The notes under the pieces were generated by a model. The model was not told where the DNA came from. It saw only the letters and a list, made by a program, of their open reading frames with translations, and ran no database searches. The position numbers and the translations under genes were made by a program. Source: Alkanindiges sp. WGS2144 (lineage in GTDB: Bacteria > Pseudomonadota > Gammaproteobacteria > Pseudomonadales > Moraxellaceae). Taken from it: 32,000 bases of DNA. This document shows, one piece after another, positions 9,480 through 18,227 of the stretch (positions are counted from its first letter, which is position 1; every line of letters begins with the position of its first letter). The stretch is taken from assembly GCF_043950625.1 (NCBI RefSeq), contig NZ_CP171007.1; one strand, given 5' to 3'.

Positions 9480-10457
9480 TTATACACGATGAGTTTTTTT
9501 GGCTGAACGTTGCAGGCTTTGTTTCATCATCAGATAGTAGATCAGACCGAGTATTATCAGGAAAACACCGCCTATTTTAAATCCGCCGGACTGGTTATAA
9601 AAAGCTTGTAGGGTAATAAATATACCGGCTAATAGAAAAACTAAGCTGGCTACTAGTACTTGCTGTTTGAGTTTCCTGTACAGTTTTATACTGTCTTGCC
9701 GAGAGCGCTGCTGTTCTAAAAACAGGGTAAGTGGGCTATCTTGGATATACTGGGAATATAAAGCCGGATGGTTAGCATAAATCTGGTTGTGAGATTTTTG
9801 CAATAAATGCTTCTGCTTGTCTGCAATGACAGAAAGCGATTGTTTATTCTGGTGACGACGATACAAAAACAGTAATTCAGGGACTATGGCAACAGTAGGT
9901 TGATGTTTTAAAATACTGATCCATAAATTCCAGTCTTCAGCAAAAGACATGTACTCATCGTAAGGACCATAGGCTAAAAAATCCTTTTGGCGAAGCATGG
10001 CTGCACAGGGAATCACATTTTCAAATAGAAACTGGCCAAAGTTAAAATACTTAAGTTGACGCTGTGCATGACCGGCATCAAACTCCTGAACACCTGTGAT
10101 AGCTAAACTCACTTGTGGCTGATCAATTAGCAACTGAACACATTTTTCAATATACTCAGGCTTAAGTTGGTCATCGGCATCCAGAAAGACAAAAAACTCA
10201 CCCTGTGCATGACGTGCTCCCAGATTACGGGCGCTGGAAACACCACCATTCTGTTTTTGTAAATAGATGATTTTCCCTTGTTCAATATAAGCGGTTAGTA
10301 GCTGTTCAACCTGATCGCTCGATCCATCATTTACTACAATGTGCTCAATATGCGGATAAGTCTGCCGAGACACTGAGGCGATCGTATCAATAATAGTTTC
10401 TGCGGAGTTATAACAGGCGGTAATAATACTGACTAAGGGCAGCATGACAGAGCTCAT
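9480..10457 (-). CDS. Glycosyltransferase family 2 with C-terminal membrane anchor
   Basis: 325 aa. VSIITACYNSAETI...VVNDGSSD and FLDADD (DXD) motifs. Two C-terminal hydrophobic helices (VLVASLVFLLAGIFITL, GGVFLIILGLIYYLMM). Confidence 0.85.
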   Translation of the reverse strand: MSSVMLPLVSIITACYNSAETIIDTIASVSRQTYPHIEHIVVNDGSSDQVEQLLTAYIEQGKIIYLQKQNGGVSSARNLGARHAQGEFFVFLDADDQLKPEYIEKCVQLLIDQPQVSLAITGVQEFDAGHAQRQLKYFNFGQFLFENVIPCAAMLRQKDFLAYGPYDEYMSFAEDWNLWISILKHQPTVAIVPELLFLYRRHQNKQSLSVIADKQKHLLQKSHNQIYANHPALYSQYIQDSPLTLFLEQQRSRQDSIKLYRKLKQQVLVASLVFLLAGIFITLQAFYNQSGGFKIGGVFLIILGLIYYLMMKQSLQRSAKKTHRV

Positions 10458-10884
10458 AGGAGAACAGGAAAATGATATACAGCTTAGGCTGACAACACTG
10501 TATTAACCTATTGTCGTCACAAACTAAAAATTTTACTAGCTATTGGGCTTAATAAAAGATCAATTGCCTGAAAAATTTATTTGAAATAATAACTGCCAAC
10601 GATAAGATCATGCCAAAGCAGGCAAATACTCTACCTGAAAAAATATGTCTCTTGTTGTGTTCATAATCTTTGGTTTAAGAATTAGTGCTTGATTACAGAT
10701 TTCCACACTATAGTTTGAGTACTGAGAAGGATGCGTCATATTCTTTTTATGAGCCTTAAGTGTTTATGAAAGTAACACAACTAACTATCTATGTTTCAAA
10801 AGAAATTTGAGTAACTCATCAGTTATGCCACAATGCATTGACTGGATGTATTGCTAGATTTTTTAATATACCTTAGAGATTCTC

Positions 10885-11769
10885 ATGACTGTAAAAAAAG
10901 CTGTTCTGCCTGTAGCCGGTTTGGGTACCCGTTTTTTGCCTGCCAGCAAGTCAATTCCTAAAGAAATGGTCACTGTGGTGGATCGCCCGGTTATTGATTA
11001 TGTGGTGCAAGAAGCCATTGCCGCAGGCATTAAACAAATTATTCTGGTCACCCATTCTTCCAAACGGGCGATTGAGGATTATTTTGACAGCCATTATGAG
11101 CTGGAAGATACCTTACAAAAAAAGAACAAGCTTGAGCTATTAAAAACCATTCAGGACATTATTCCATCAGATGTTGAGGTCATTGCTGTTCGCCAGCCAC
11201 AACCGCTAGGACTGGGGCATGCCGTGTTGTGTGCCAAGCCGGTGATAGGAAATGAGCCATTTGCAGTGCTGTTACCGGATGTTCTGGTTAAAAATGCTTC
11301 AGGCCAAAATGATTTGCAGCAGATGATTGATCATTATAACCAGACGCAGCATTCGCAGATTATGGTGGAGCAGGTGCCGCAGGAACTGGTATCGCAGTAT
11401 GGTGTGGTCGATATCAGTGGTCAGGAGTTGCAGGCCGGTCAGAGTGTGCAGTTAAAAGGCATTGTCGAAAAACCGGCAGTTGAGGCTGCGCCATCCAGTC
11501 TGGCTGTGGTCGGGCGTTATGTGTTACCGGCGCGTATCCTGAGTTTACTTGAACAAACTAAACCCGGTGCAGGAGGGGAAATTCAACTTACCGATGCGAT
11601 TGCTGCCCTTAGGCAGGAAGAGTTTGTCGATGCGTATCGCATGTCTGGTAAAACCTATGATTGCGGTAGCAAACTGGGTTATCTGGAAGCTATTTTAAGT
11701 TATGGCCTTGACCATCCACAACTGGGTAAAGATTTTTTAAATCTGATTCATCACTCCTTAAGCAAGTAA
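10885..11769 (+). CDS. galU: UTP-glucose-1-phosphate uridylyltransferase
   Basis: 294 aa. KAVLPVAGLGTRFLPASKSIPKEM signature and VEKP motif. Confidence 0.95.
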   Translation: MTVKKAVLPVAGLGTRFLPASKSIPKEMVTVVDRPVIDYVVQEAIAAGIKQIILVTHSSKRAIEDYFDSHYELEDTLQKKNKLELLKTIQDIIPSDVEVIAVRQPQPLGLGHAVLCAKPVIGNEPFAVLLPDVLVKNASGQNDLQQMIDHYNQTQHSQIMVEQVPQELVSQYGVVDISGQELQAGQSVQLKGIVEKPAVEAAPSSLAVVGRYVLPARILSLLEQTKPGAGGEIQLTDAIAALRQEEFVDAYRMSGKTYDCGSKLGYLEAILSYGLDHPQLGKDFLNLIHHSLSK

Positions 11770-11780
11770 AAGATTAATCC

Positions 11781-13055
11781 ATGAAAATACATGTTTATGG
11801 CGATAACCTGTGTGCGCTGGTGAGTGCGGCCATTTTTGCCTCGGTTGGTCATGATGTATGGCTGAGCCTGCCAGAAGGTCGGGTGAAGCAGACACTGGAG
11901 GCGGATGGCGAGGCCTATCCTGAACCGCGTTTGCAGGATTTGCTGAATCAGCAGCGTAAAGAGCAGCGCCTGTTCTTGAGTGATTTGGATGAACCGGTTT
12001 CTCAGGAGCTGGAGGTGGTATTTCTGGCCTTTGCGCCTGGGGATTTTGCACTGGCTGAGCAGATTGTAAAAGTCCTGGGGCAGCATAAGCAGCAGCTTTT
12101 GGTCATTAATCAGTCTACTTTTTCCGTTGGTAGCTCTGCGCAGCTGGCCAGTTATTTATCCGGTTTGCAAAGTCTGGTTTATGTGCCGGACTTTATGCAG
12201 GAAGGGATGGCCATTGAAAGTATTGCCCGGCCTAACAAGATTATTCTAGGCATGGATGACCCGCGTGCTGAAAGTCAGGTACGCGAAATTTTTAGGCCAT
12301 TTAACCGCTTAAAAGATGTTTTTTTAAAAATGTCCCTGCGTGAAGCTGAATTTACTAAGCTGGCTGTATCCGGCATGCTGGCTACCCGGATTAGCTTTAT
12401 GAATGATTTATCCAATGTGGCCGATGCTATTGGCGTGGATATTGAACAGGTGCGGGTAGGTCTGGGTAGTGACCGGCGCATTGGTGAGGCCTATTTATAT
12501 CCAGGTTGCGGTTTTGGTGGTCAAAGCTTTTCAGAAGATGTGATTAATCTGGCGCAAACAGTATCCGGAGTGGGTATTAAGAGCAAGCTGCTAGAGCAGG
12601 TTTTGCAGATTAATGAAGACCAGAAAGAAATTTTGTTCCGCAAGCTATGGCGCTATTACGATTGTGATTTAAGCGGTAAAACGGTAGGAATCTGGGGCGC
12701 GGCTTATAAGCCCAATACCAATAAAATTGACAATGCGCCTATCTTAAGAGTTCTTGAAGCATTGTGGGCGCAAGGGGTGACGGTCAAGCTGCATGATCCG
12801 GTCGCGCTGGAAAAAATCGCCCAGCATTTTGGTGAGCATGAACAGCTGATTTTATGTCAATCACAATACGATGCAGCAGCACAGGTAGATGCGCTGATGC
12901 TGGTCACTGAGTGGAAGCAATACTGGAATCCTAATTTTAAATATTTAAAACAGGAAATGAATCATCCGCTCATTCTGGATGGGCGCAATATTTATAATCC
13001 ATATTATGTCAAAGATCTGGGTTTTGAATATATAGGCATTGGGAGAGGAATATAA
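11781..13055 (+). CDS. ugd: UDP-glucose 6-dehydrogenase family protein with substituted cofactor and catalytic motifs
   Basis: 424 aa. Clear UDPGDH-family similarity along its length ([40 protein letters not shown]). GxGxxG reads GDNLCA and the catalytic GGSCxPKD reads GGQSFSED. See the finding on this ORF. Confidence 0.8.
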   Translation: MKIHVYGDNLCALVSAAIFASVGHDVWLSLPEGRVKQTLEADGEAYPEPRLQDLLNQQRKEQRLFLSDLDEPVSQELEVVFLAFAPGDFALAEQIVKVLGQHKQQLLVINQSTFSVGSSAQLASYLSGLQSLVYVPDFMQEGMAIESIARPNKIILGMDDPRAESQVREIFRPFNRLKDVFLKMSLREAEFTKLAVSGMLATRISFMNDLSNVADAIGVDIEQVRVGLGSDRRIGEAYLYPGCGFGGQSFSEDVINLAQTVSGVGIKSKLLEQVLQINEDQKEILFRKLWRYYDCDLSGKTVGIWGAAYKPNTNKIDNAPILRVLEALWAQGVTVKLHDPVALEKIAQHFGEHEQLILCQSQYDAAAQVDALMLVTEWKQYWNPNFKYLKQEMNHPLILDGRNIYNPYYVKDLGFEYIGIGRGI

Positions 13056-13056
13056 C

Positions 13057-14703
13057 ATGCAGGTTGATTCTTCACTTGCGCCACTGGCACAGCTTAGACA
13101 ACAGGCGGAAGTATTTCAGGCTGTGCATTTAAAAGATTTATTTGCACAGCACGCTGAACGCTTTAGCCAGTTTAATCTGGGGGTTGGCCCTATTCTTTTT
13201 GATTACAGTAAGCAGCGTGTGACTCAGGATATTCTGGATTTACTGAGCCAGTTTGCTGAGTCAGCCGGTTTAAAGCAGTGGATTGACAGGCTGTTTCAGG
13301 GCGACACCGTCAATAATACAGAAAACCGTGCTGCCTTACACTGGGCATTACGTGTGCCAGAATCTGGTGATGCCTTAACGGGACTGAATCAGGATATTTT
13401 GCAGGGTATTCATAAACAGATTGACCATATGGGCTTTCTGGTGGAACAGTTGCATCAGGGCCAATACCGGGGCTGTACCGGTGAGGTAATTACCGATGTG
13501 GTGAATATTGGAGTGGGTGGCTCTGACCTTGGGCCATTGATGGTGAGCCGGGCACTGGAAGATTATAAAATCGAAACCCCACAAAACCTGCAATTGCATT
13601 TTGTATCCTCTATGGATGGCAGTCAGGTGTCACAGGTGCTGCATACGTTGCGCCCTGAAACCACGCTGTTCGTGATTTCATCCAAATCCTTTACTACTGT
13701 TGATACCCTGTATAATGCTGAAACAGCCAAAAGTTGGTTAGAGCGTAAACTGGGTAGTGATGCGCGGGTAAGTCGCTGTCACTTTGTTGGCGTATCAGCC
13801 AATCAGGAGAAAATGGCCGAGTGGGGCATTTGTGCTGAGCATCAGTTAGGGATGGGAGAGTGGGTCGGTGGGCGTTTTTCCCTATGGTCGACGATTGGTT
13901 TTCCCATTGCCTTAACCATTGGCATTGATGGCTTTAAAAAACTGCTGGCTGGTGCCCACTTTATGGATCAGCATTTTCAACATGCCCCATGGTTAAAAAA
14001 CATGCCGGTGCTGATGGCTTTGATTGGTATCTGGAATACCAATTTTTTAAACATCAAGACGCAGGCGATTTTGCCTTATGACGGGCGACTGGAGCATTTG
14101 GCTGATTATTTGCAGCAACTGGAAATGGAGTCCAACGGCAAATCGGTTACCCGTGATGGTACGCGTGTCAAACTGGGTACTTGCCCCATCATCTGGGGCA
14201 ACGTAGGCCCCAATGCCCAGCATGCGTTTTACCAGTTATTGCATCAGGGAACAGAGCCGATTACCTGTGATTTTATTGCGCCCGCCTTGCGCTATCATGC
14301 CCGGGAAGCTCAACATGCCGAGGCAGCCAGTGAGTTGCAGGCTCAACATCAACTGGCCTTGGCCAATTGCCTGGCCCAATCCCGTTTGCTGGCACTGGGT
14401 GAGGCCGCGCTGGATGAACGCTATGGGAAGTTACCAGCATACAAGCGTTACTATGGCAACCAGTCCAGCTCGACCATTTTATTAAATGAATTAAATCCAT
14501 TTAGTCTGGGTGCACTGCTGGCTGCCTATGAGCATAAGGTGTTTGTGCAGTCGATAATTTGGGGTATTAACCCGTTTGACCAGTGGGGCGTAGAAATGGG
14601 TAAGGAAATTGCCAAAGAACTGTTGCCTGCATTGCAGGGCGAGTCAGCCGCTAAGCAATTTGATTCATCAACCGAAGGTTTATTGAAGTTTATTTTAAAT
14701 TGA
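13057..14703 (+). CDS. pgi: Glucose-6-phosphate isomerase
   Basis: The ORF track starts at 13039 and overlaps ugd by 17 nt. The ATG at 13057 has GGGAGAGG upstream and is the more likely start. Motifs [15 protein letters not shown] and [10 protein letters not shown]. Confidence 0.93.
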   Translation: MQVDSSLAPLAQLRQQAEVFQAVHLKDLFAQHAERFSQFNLGVGPILFDYSKQRVTQDILDLLSQFAESAGLKQWIDRLFQGDTVNNTENRAALHWALRVPESGDALTGLNQDILQGIHKQIDHMGFLVEQLHQGQYRGCTGEVITDVVNIGVGGSDLGPLMVSRALEDYKIETPQNLQLHFVSSMDGSQVSQVLHTLRPETTLFVISSKSFTTVDTLYNAETAKSWLERKLGSDARVSRCHFVGVSANQEKMAEWGICAEHQLGMGEWVGGRFSLWSTIGFPIALTIGIDGFKKLLAGAHFMDQHFQHAPWLKNMPVLMALIGIWNTNFLNIKTQAILPYDGRLEHLADYLQQLEMESNGKSVTRDGTRVKLGTCPIIWGNVGPNAQHAFYQLLHQGTEPITCDFIAPALRYHAREAQHAEAASELQAQHQLALANCLAQSRLLALGEAALDERYGKLPAYKRYYGNQSSSTILLNELNPFSLGALLAAYEHKVFVQSIIWGINPFDQWGVEMGKEIAKELLPALQGESAAKQFDSSTEGLLKFILN

Positions 14704-14755
14704 TATCCTAGACAGCTTGTTTTCGTGCCAGGTAAAAGTTTTACTAGCTTTCCGT

Positions 14756-14790
14756 AAAAACTCTGCTTTTGATGAAAAGCAGAGTTTTTT
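14756..14790. terminator. Bidirectional rho-independent terminator between convergent pgi and pgm
   Basis: Perfect stem AAAAACTCTGCTTTT / AAAAGCAGAGTTTTT with GATG loop. T-runs are present on both strands. Confidence 0.85.
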
Positions 14791-14864
14791 GTTATTAAAA
14801 ACAATCAAATCCTCTAGTTGCGCACCTTCATGGAAGCTTGCAGCTATGATTAATGCCTTGTAAT

Positions 14865-16247
14865 TTATTTATTTTCAATTAGGCTTTTTAGCAAATCCAC
14901 GTACTGCTGAATACCATTATTTTCAAGCCAGCCTTTGCTTTCAATATTTAAGCGCAATAAAGGTTCGGTATTAGACGCCCGCAGGTTAAAGCGCCAGTTG
15001 CCAAAATCAAGGCTAATCCCATCAGTTTCATCAATCGCTGGCTGTTGTGGTACAAAGTAGTCCAGCACGCGTTGAATCGTGGCTTTGCTATCTTCCACCA
15101 CAAAGTTAATTTCGCCACTGCATGGAAATTTGGCAATACGTTCGTTAACCAGCGCGGATAATGGCTTGCCGGTTTGTGAGATGAGTTCAATCACCAATAA
15201 CCATGGAATCATACCGCTATCACAATAGGCAAAATCGCGGAAATAATGGTGTGCACTCATTTCACCGCCATAAATCGCATTGTCCCTGCGCATGCGTTCT
15301 TTGATAAAAGCATGACCAGATTTGGTCTGGATCACTTCGCCGTTATTTTGCGCAACAATATCAATGGTATTCCAAGTCAGGCGTGGGTCGTGAATAATTT
15401 TCTCGGCGGGATGTTTTAATAAAAAAGCCTGGGCGAGCAAACCAACAATATAATAGCCTTCGATAAACTGGCCGGTTTCATCAAATAAAAAACAGCGATC
15501 AAAGTCACCATCCCAGGCAATGCCTAAATCTGCCTGATGCTCAAGCACGGCATCGCGGGTAGCCGCACGGTTTTCTGGCAAAATTGGGTTGGGAATCCCA
15601 TTAGGAAAAGTACCATCTGCCTCATGGTGAACCTTAATAAATTCCACTGGTATATTTTGTTGCTTAAATTGGGCTTCAATGGCGTCAATCACATGGCCTG
15701 CTGCGCCATTGCCTGCATTGACTACCAGCTTAAGCGGTTTTAATTGCTTCACATCAATATAAGTGAGCAGATGCTCCACAAATTCTTTTAAAATAGACTG
15801 CTGGCTTAGCTGGCCTTTTTTTGCGATAGGCAAAAATTCACCAGTTTCTGCCAGTGCCTGAATTTCTTTTAAGCCACTATCAGCGCTAATAGGATAGGCA
15901 TTTTCCCGCACAAGCTTCATGCCGTTATAATCCATGGGGTTGTGGCTGGCGGTGACTTCAATGCCGCCCTGTACATCCAGATAAAAAGCTGCAAAATAAA
16001 CTTCTTCTGTACCCGTCATACCAAGGTCAATCACATCCACGCCAGCATCCATCAGGCCACGCGCAGCTGCCTGTTTTAATGCTTCGCTGGTCAGGCGAAT
16101 ATCACTGCCCACCACGATGGTTTTAGGTTGATAAATCTGTCCATAGGCGCGGCCAATGCGGTAAGCAATATCGTCGTTAAGTTCGTCGCCCAGACGACCG
16201 CGAATATCATAAGCTTTAAAGCAGGTGAGGGAAGCTATCATAAACAT
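14865..16247 (-). CDS. pgm: Phosphoglucomutase/phosphomannomutase (alpha-D-phosphohexomutase)
   Basis: 460 aa. [13 protein letters not shown] active-site serine loop, DGDFDRC metal site and [10 protein letters not shown] sugar loop. The start may be the Met at 16241. Confidence 0.93.
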   Translation of the reverse strand: MFMIASLTCFKAYDIRGRLGDELNDDIAYRIGRAYGQIYQPKTIVVGSDIRLTSEALKQAAARGLMDAGVDVIDLGMTGTEEVYFAAFYLDVQGGIEVTASHNPMDYNGMKLVRENAYPISADSGLKEIQALAETGEFLPIAKKGQLSQQSILKEFVEHLLTYIDVKQLKPLKLVVNAGNGAAGHVIDAIEAQFKQQNIPVEFIKVHHEADGTFPNGIPNPILPENRAATRDAVLEHQADLGIAWDGDFDRCFLFDETGQFIEGYYIVGLLAQAFLLKHPAEKIIHDPRLTWNTIDIVAQNNGEVIQTKSGHAFIKERMRRDNAIYGGEMSAHHYFRDFAYCDSGMIPWLLVIELISQTGKPLSALVNERIAKFPCSGEINFVVEDSKATIQRVLDYFVPQQPAIDETDGISLDFGNWRFNLRASNTEPLLRLNIESKGWLENNGIQQYVDLLKSLIENK

Positions 16248-16323
16248 TAAGCAAACTGGCCAAAAACATCTGTAATTTTAGCCTAAACTCAAATAAGAAT
16301 TTGATTAATTTAAGTGAATGTTT

Positions 16324-17196
16324 TTATGGCTTTTTATAGATCTCGCTTTGTGCCTGTGTTTGTTTAAAGCGCTTGTAGCCCCACATATACTGTTCAGGAG
16401 CACGGGCAATCATGCGCTCAATGTCCGCATTTAGGGCATTAACGGATTGTTGCAAGTCCTGACTTAGAATTTGTGAATTTAGTTTTTCACAGATGAGATC
16501 AAACCCGGATAAATCGGAGCGGCGAATACAGCTTAATCCCAGAACGCTACACTGGGTTTTTTGTGCCAGACGTGAGACTAACGTGGTAGTAAGCACCTGC
16601 TGACCAAAAAACGGTGCATAAATACCACCAGAATGATCAGGAACATGATCCGGTAGAATAGCAGTGACGCCTCCTTTTTTGAGTGCTTTAAAAATAGCCC
16701 GAACTCCGGAATCATTGGTTGGTACCAGCGTAGCATTCAGGCGCTGCCGGGCTTCCAGCATAAAACGATCCACACTGGCGTTCTTGCTGGGTTTGTACAT
16801 GATGACCGGGCTGGCATACTGATTAATCCAGGCATTCATCAGCTCCCATGTGCCAAAATGCGGTACCACCAGGATTAAACCATGGGCTTGTTGCAATGCT
16901 GTCAGCAAAAGTTCTGAGCCGGAAACAGTACGGATTTGGGCCAGGCTGTAGTCGGTAGGCATGCCCCAGCTTTTAATGGATTCAACAGCGGTGAAGCACT
17001 GGCTATAAATGCTGGCTTTTTCCAGTGATTCCCGCTGCTGTGCACTAAGCTTTGGGTAGGCCAGACTCAAATTAATATGAACGATCCAGCGCATACCCGT
17101 ATGGGGCATTAAAATAATCAGGTTGGCAATACAGCGTGCCAAAAAGCGCAGAGTAAAAAGCGGTAGCGCAGATAATATTTTTAAAAATAAATACAT
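16324..17196 (-). CDS. lpxL: Lipid A secondary (lauroyl/myristoyl) acyltransferase, LpxL/LpxM (HtrB/MsbB) family
   Basis: 290 aa. N-terminal hydrophobic anchor, HX4E acyltransferase motif (PHFGTWE) and family-typical PEQYMWGYKRFK C-terminus. LpxL versus LpxM cannot be resolved by eye. Confidence 0.8.
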   Translation of the reverse strand: MYLFLKILSALPLFTLRFLARCIANLIILMPHTGMRWIVHINLSLAYPKLSAQQRESLEKASIYSQCFTAVESIKSWGMPTDYSLAQIRTVSGSELLLTALQQAHGLILVVPHFGTWELMNAWINQYASPVIMYKPSKNASVDRFMLEARQRLNATLVPTNDSGVRAIFKALKKGGVTAILPDHVPDHSGGIYAPFFGQQVLTTTLVSRLAQKTQCSVLGLSCIRRSDLSGFDLICEKLNSQILSQDLQQSVNALNADIERMIARAPEQYMWGYKRFKQTQAQSEIYKKP

Positions 17197-17213
17197 AGGC
17201 CAACAAAGCTAGC

Positions 17214-17537
17214 TTATTGCTGTACGACGATCCATTGACCATCCTGCTGGGCAACAGAGATTTCACCCTGCTGGGTGCTTGAGCCAATAATGGGAAGCTC
17301 CAGATTGACCTGAATGTGACAATGATACTGCTTTTGTTCTGTGGCTTTTTGGCAGGACAGCTTTTTAAACTCTTTCAGCCCGATTTGCATGTTCTTGCCG
17401 CCAATTTTTTCACCCAGTTGATTAGCCTGGTCCAGAGAGTGCTGGTAGGCTTGCTGTAGTTCTTTTTCTGAAGGCTCACGTGAACAGGCAACCAATAAGG
17501 GAAGTACCAGCCAGACGGTTACTATTAAAAAACGCAT
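17214..17537 (-). CDS. Small lipoprotein of unknown function
   Basis: 107 aa. Signal peptide with lipobox LLVAC|S. 17-nt gap to lpxL, so probably co-transcribed. Confidence 0.6.
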   Translation of the reverse strand: MRFLIVTVWLVLPLLVACSREPSEKELQQAYQHSLDQANQLGEKIGGKNMQIGLKEFKKLSCQKATEQKQYHCHIQVNLELPIIGSSTQQGEISVAQQDGQWIVVQQ

Positions 17538-17642
17538 TAACCATACTCAAAAAAATTTAGCATAGTTTACTCAAAATTTCACCACACTTAAACCTTGAGC
17601 TGCTATAAAGGATGGTTATGCCTTTTATAGGAGCACATTTAA

Positions 17643-17834
17643 TTAAAAAAATGTCAAAAATCAGCCAGTGAATTTTATGAGTTAGCGATGTTTTTTAAAG
17701 AGCAATTAGATATTGATCACGCCCTATATCTGGATGGCTCTGTTTCCAGTATGTATTTACCTGTGCAAAAGCGGCATGACCGGCACCGGTTTCTGGGGCC
17801 GATCATTGGCGTGGTAGAACCAGATGAGGATTAG
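17643..17834 (+). pseudogene. 3' remnant of a DUF2233/phosphodiester-glycosidase-like gene
   Basis: Open frame from the stop at 17640 to the TAG at 17832-17834. It encodes ...SASEFYELAMFFKEQLDIDHALYLDGSVSSMYLPVQKRHDRHRFLGPIIGVVEPDED*. The ALxLDGxxSS...GVVE tail resembles the C-terminus of that family as I recall it. No N-terminal part or credible start is present. Confidence 0.45.
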
Positions 17835-18088
17835 TTATCAGGGTTGCCTTTAATGACCATATACAATATGGACAGCAAAACTATGGTAGCAGCGGCAAGC
17901 CCACTGATAGTAAAAACGGCAACTCGCTGTGAATAGTTCAGGTCAAGCCATTGCTGATGTACAGCGGTTTGCAGCACAATGCATTGCAAAATGGCAAGAC
18001 CAATCAGCAATAATCCATTTCGCTTTACTGCAGGACGCATGGCCATATTAGAAGCCTTTATCAAAAATGTGGAAGTTAACAAGCCCAA
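17831..18088 (-). CDS. Small hypothetical membrane protein (two predicted TM helices)
   Basis: 85-aa ORF. Hydrophobic stretches LLLIGLAILQCIVL and VFTISGLAAATIVLLSILYMV. The true start may be an internal Met (18046). No recognisable family. Confidence 0.35.
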   Translation of the reverse strand: MGLLTSTFLIKASNMAMRPAVKRNGLLLIGLAILQCIVLQTAVHQQWLDLNYSQRVAVFTISGLAAATIVLLSILYMVIKGNPDN

Positions 18089-18177
18089 TAAAACCTTGGG
18101 GATAGGTTAAATTGTCGCATGAACCATGCAGCAGAGCAATGTTAAGCAGCTTAAAAGCAGACCCGATATTAAGTCCT

Positions 18178-18207
18178 AAAAAAAGCCCTCATCAAGAGAG
18201 CTTTTTT
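18178..18207 (-). terminator. Rho-independent terminator downstream of aspS
   Basis: On the - strand: GCTCTC-TTGAT-GAGGGC stem-loop (one G.U pair) followed by seven T. 20 nt after the aspS stop. Confidence 0.7.
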
Positions 18208-18227
18208 AGTTAACTTAATGAATCAGT

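Noticed and set aside
10644-10769. Mini-ORFs MSLVVFIIFGLRISA (10644) and MRHILFMSLKCL (10731) as leader peptides
   Set aside because: Neither has a properly spaced SD or an associated attenuator structure. In AT-rich DNA such ORFs are expected by chance.
11751-12086. Two long overlapping antisense ORFs (111 aa and 97 aa) across the galU end and ugd start
   Set aside because: No SD, no recognisable motifs, and low-complexity Pro/Gln/Arg-rich translations. The + strand ORF shows family-wide UDPGDH similarity. Treated as chance open frames.
13039-13056. The upstream ATG at 13039 as the pgi start (17-nt overlap with ugd)
   Set aside because: The ATG at 13057 is preceded by GGGAGAGG at a suitable distance, and the extra MGEEYN residues are not typical of Pgi N-termini. 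The upstream start cannot be excluded without proteomic or ribosome-profiling data.
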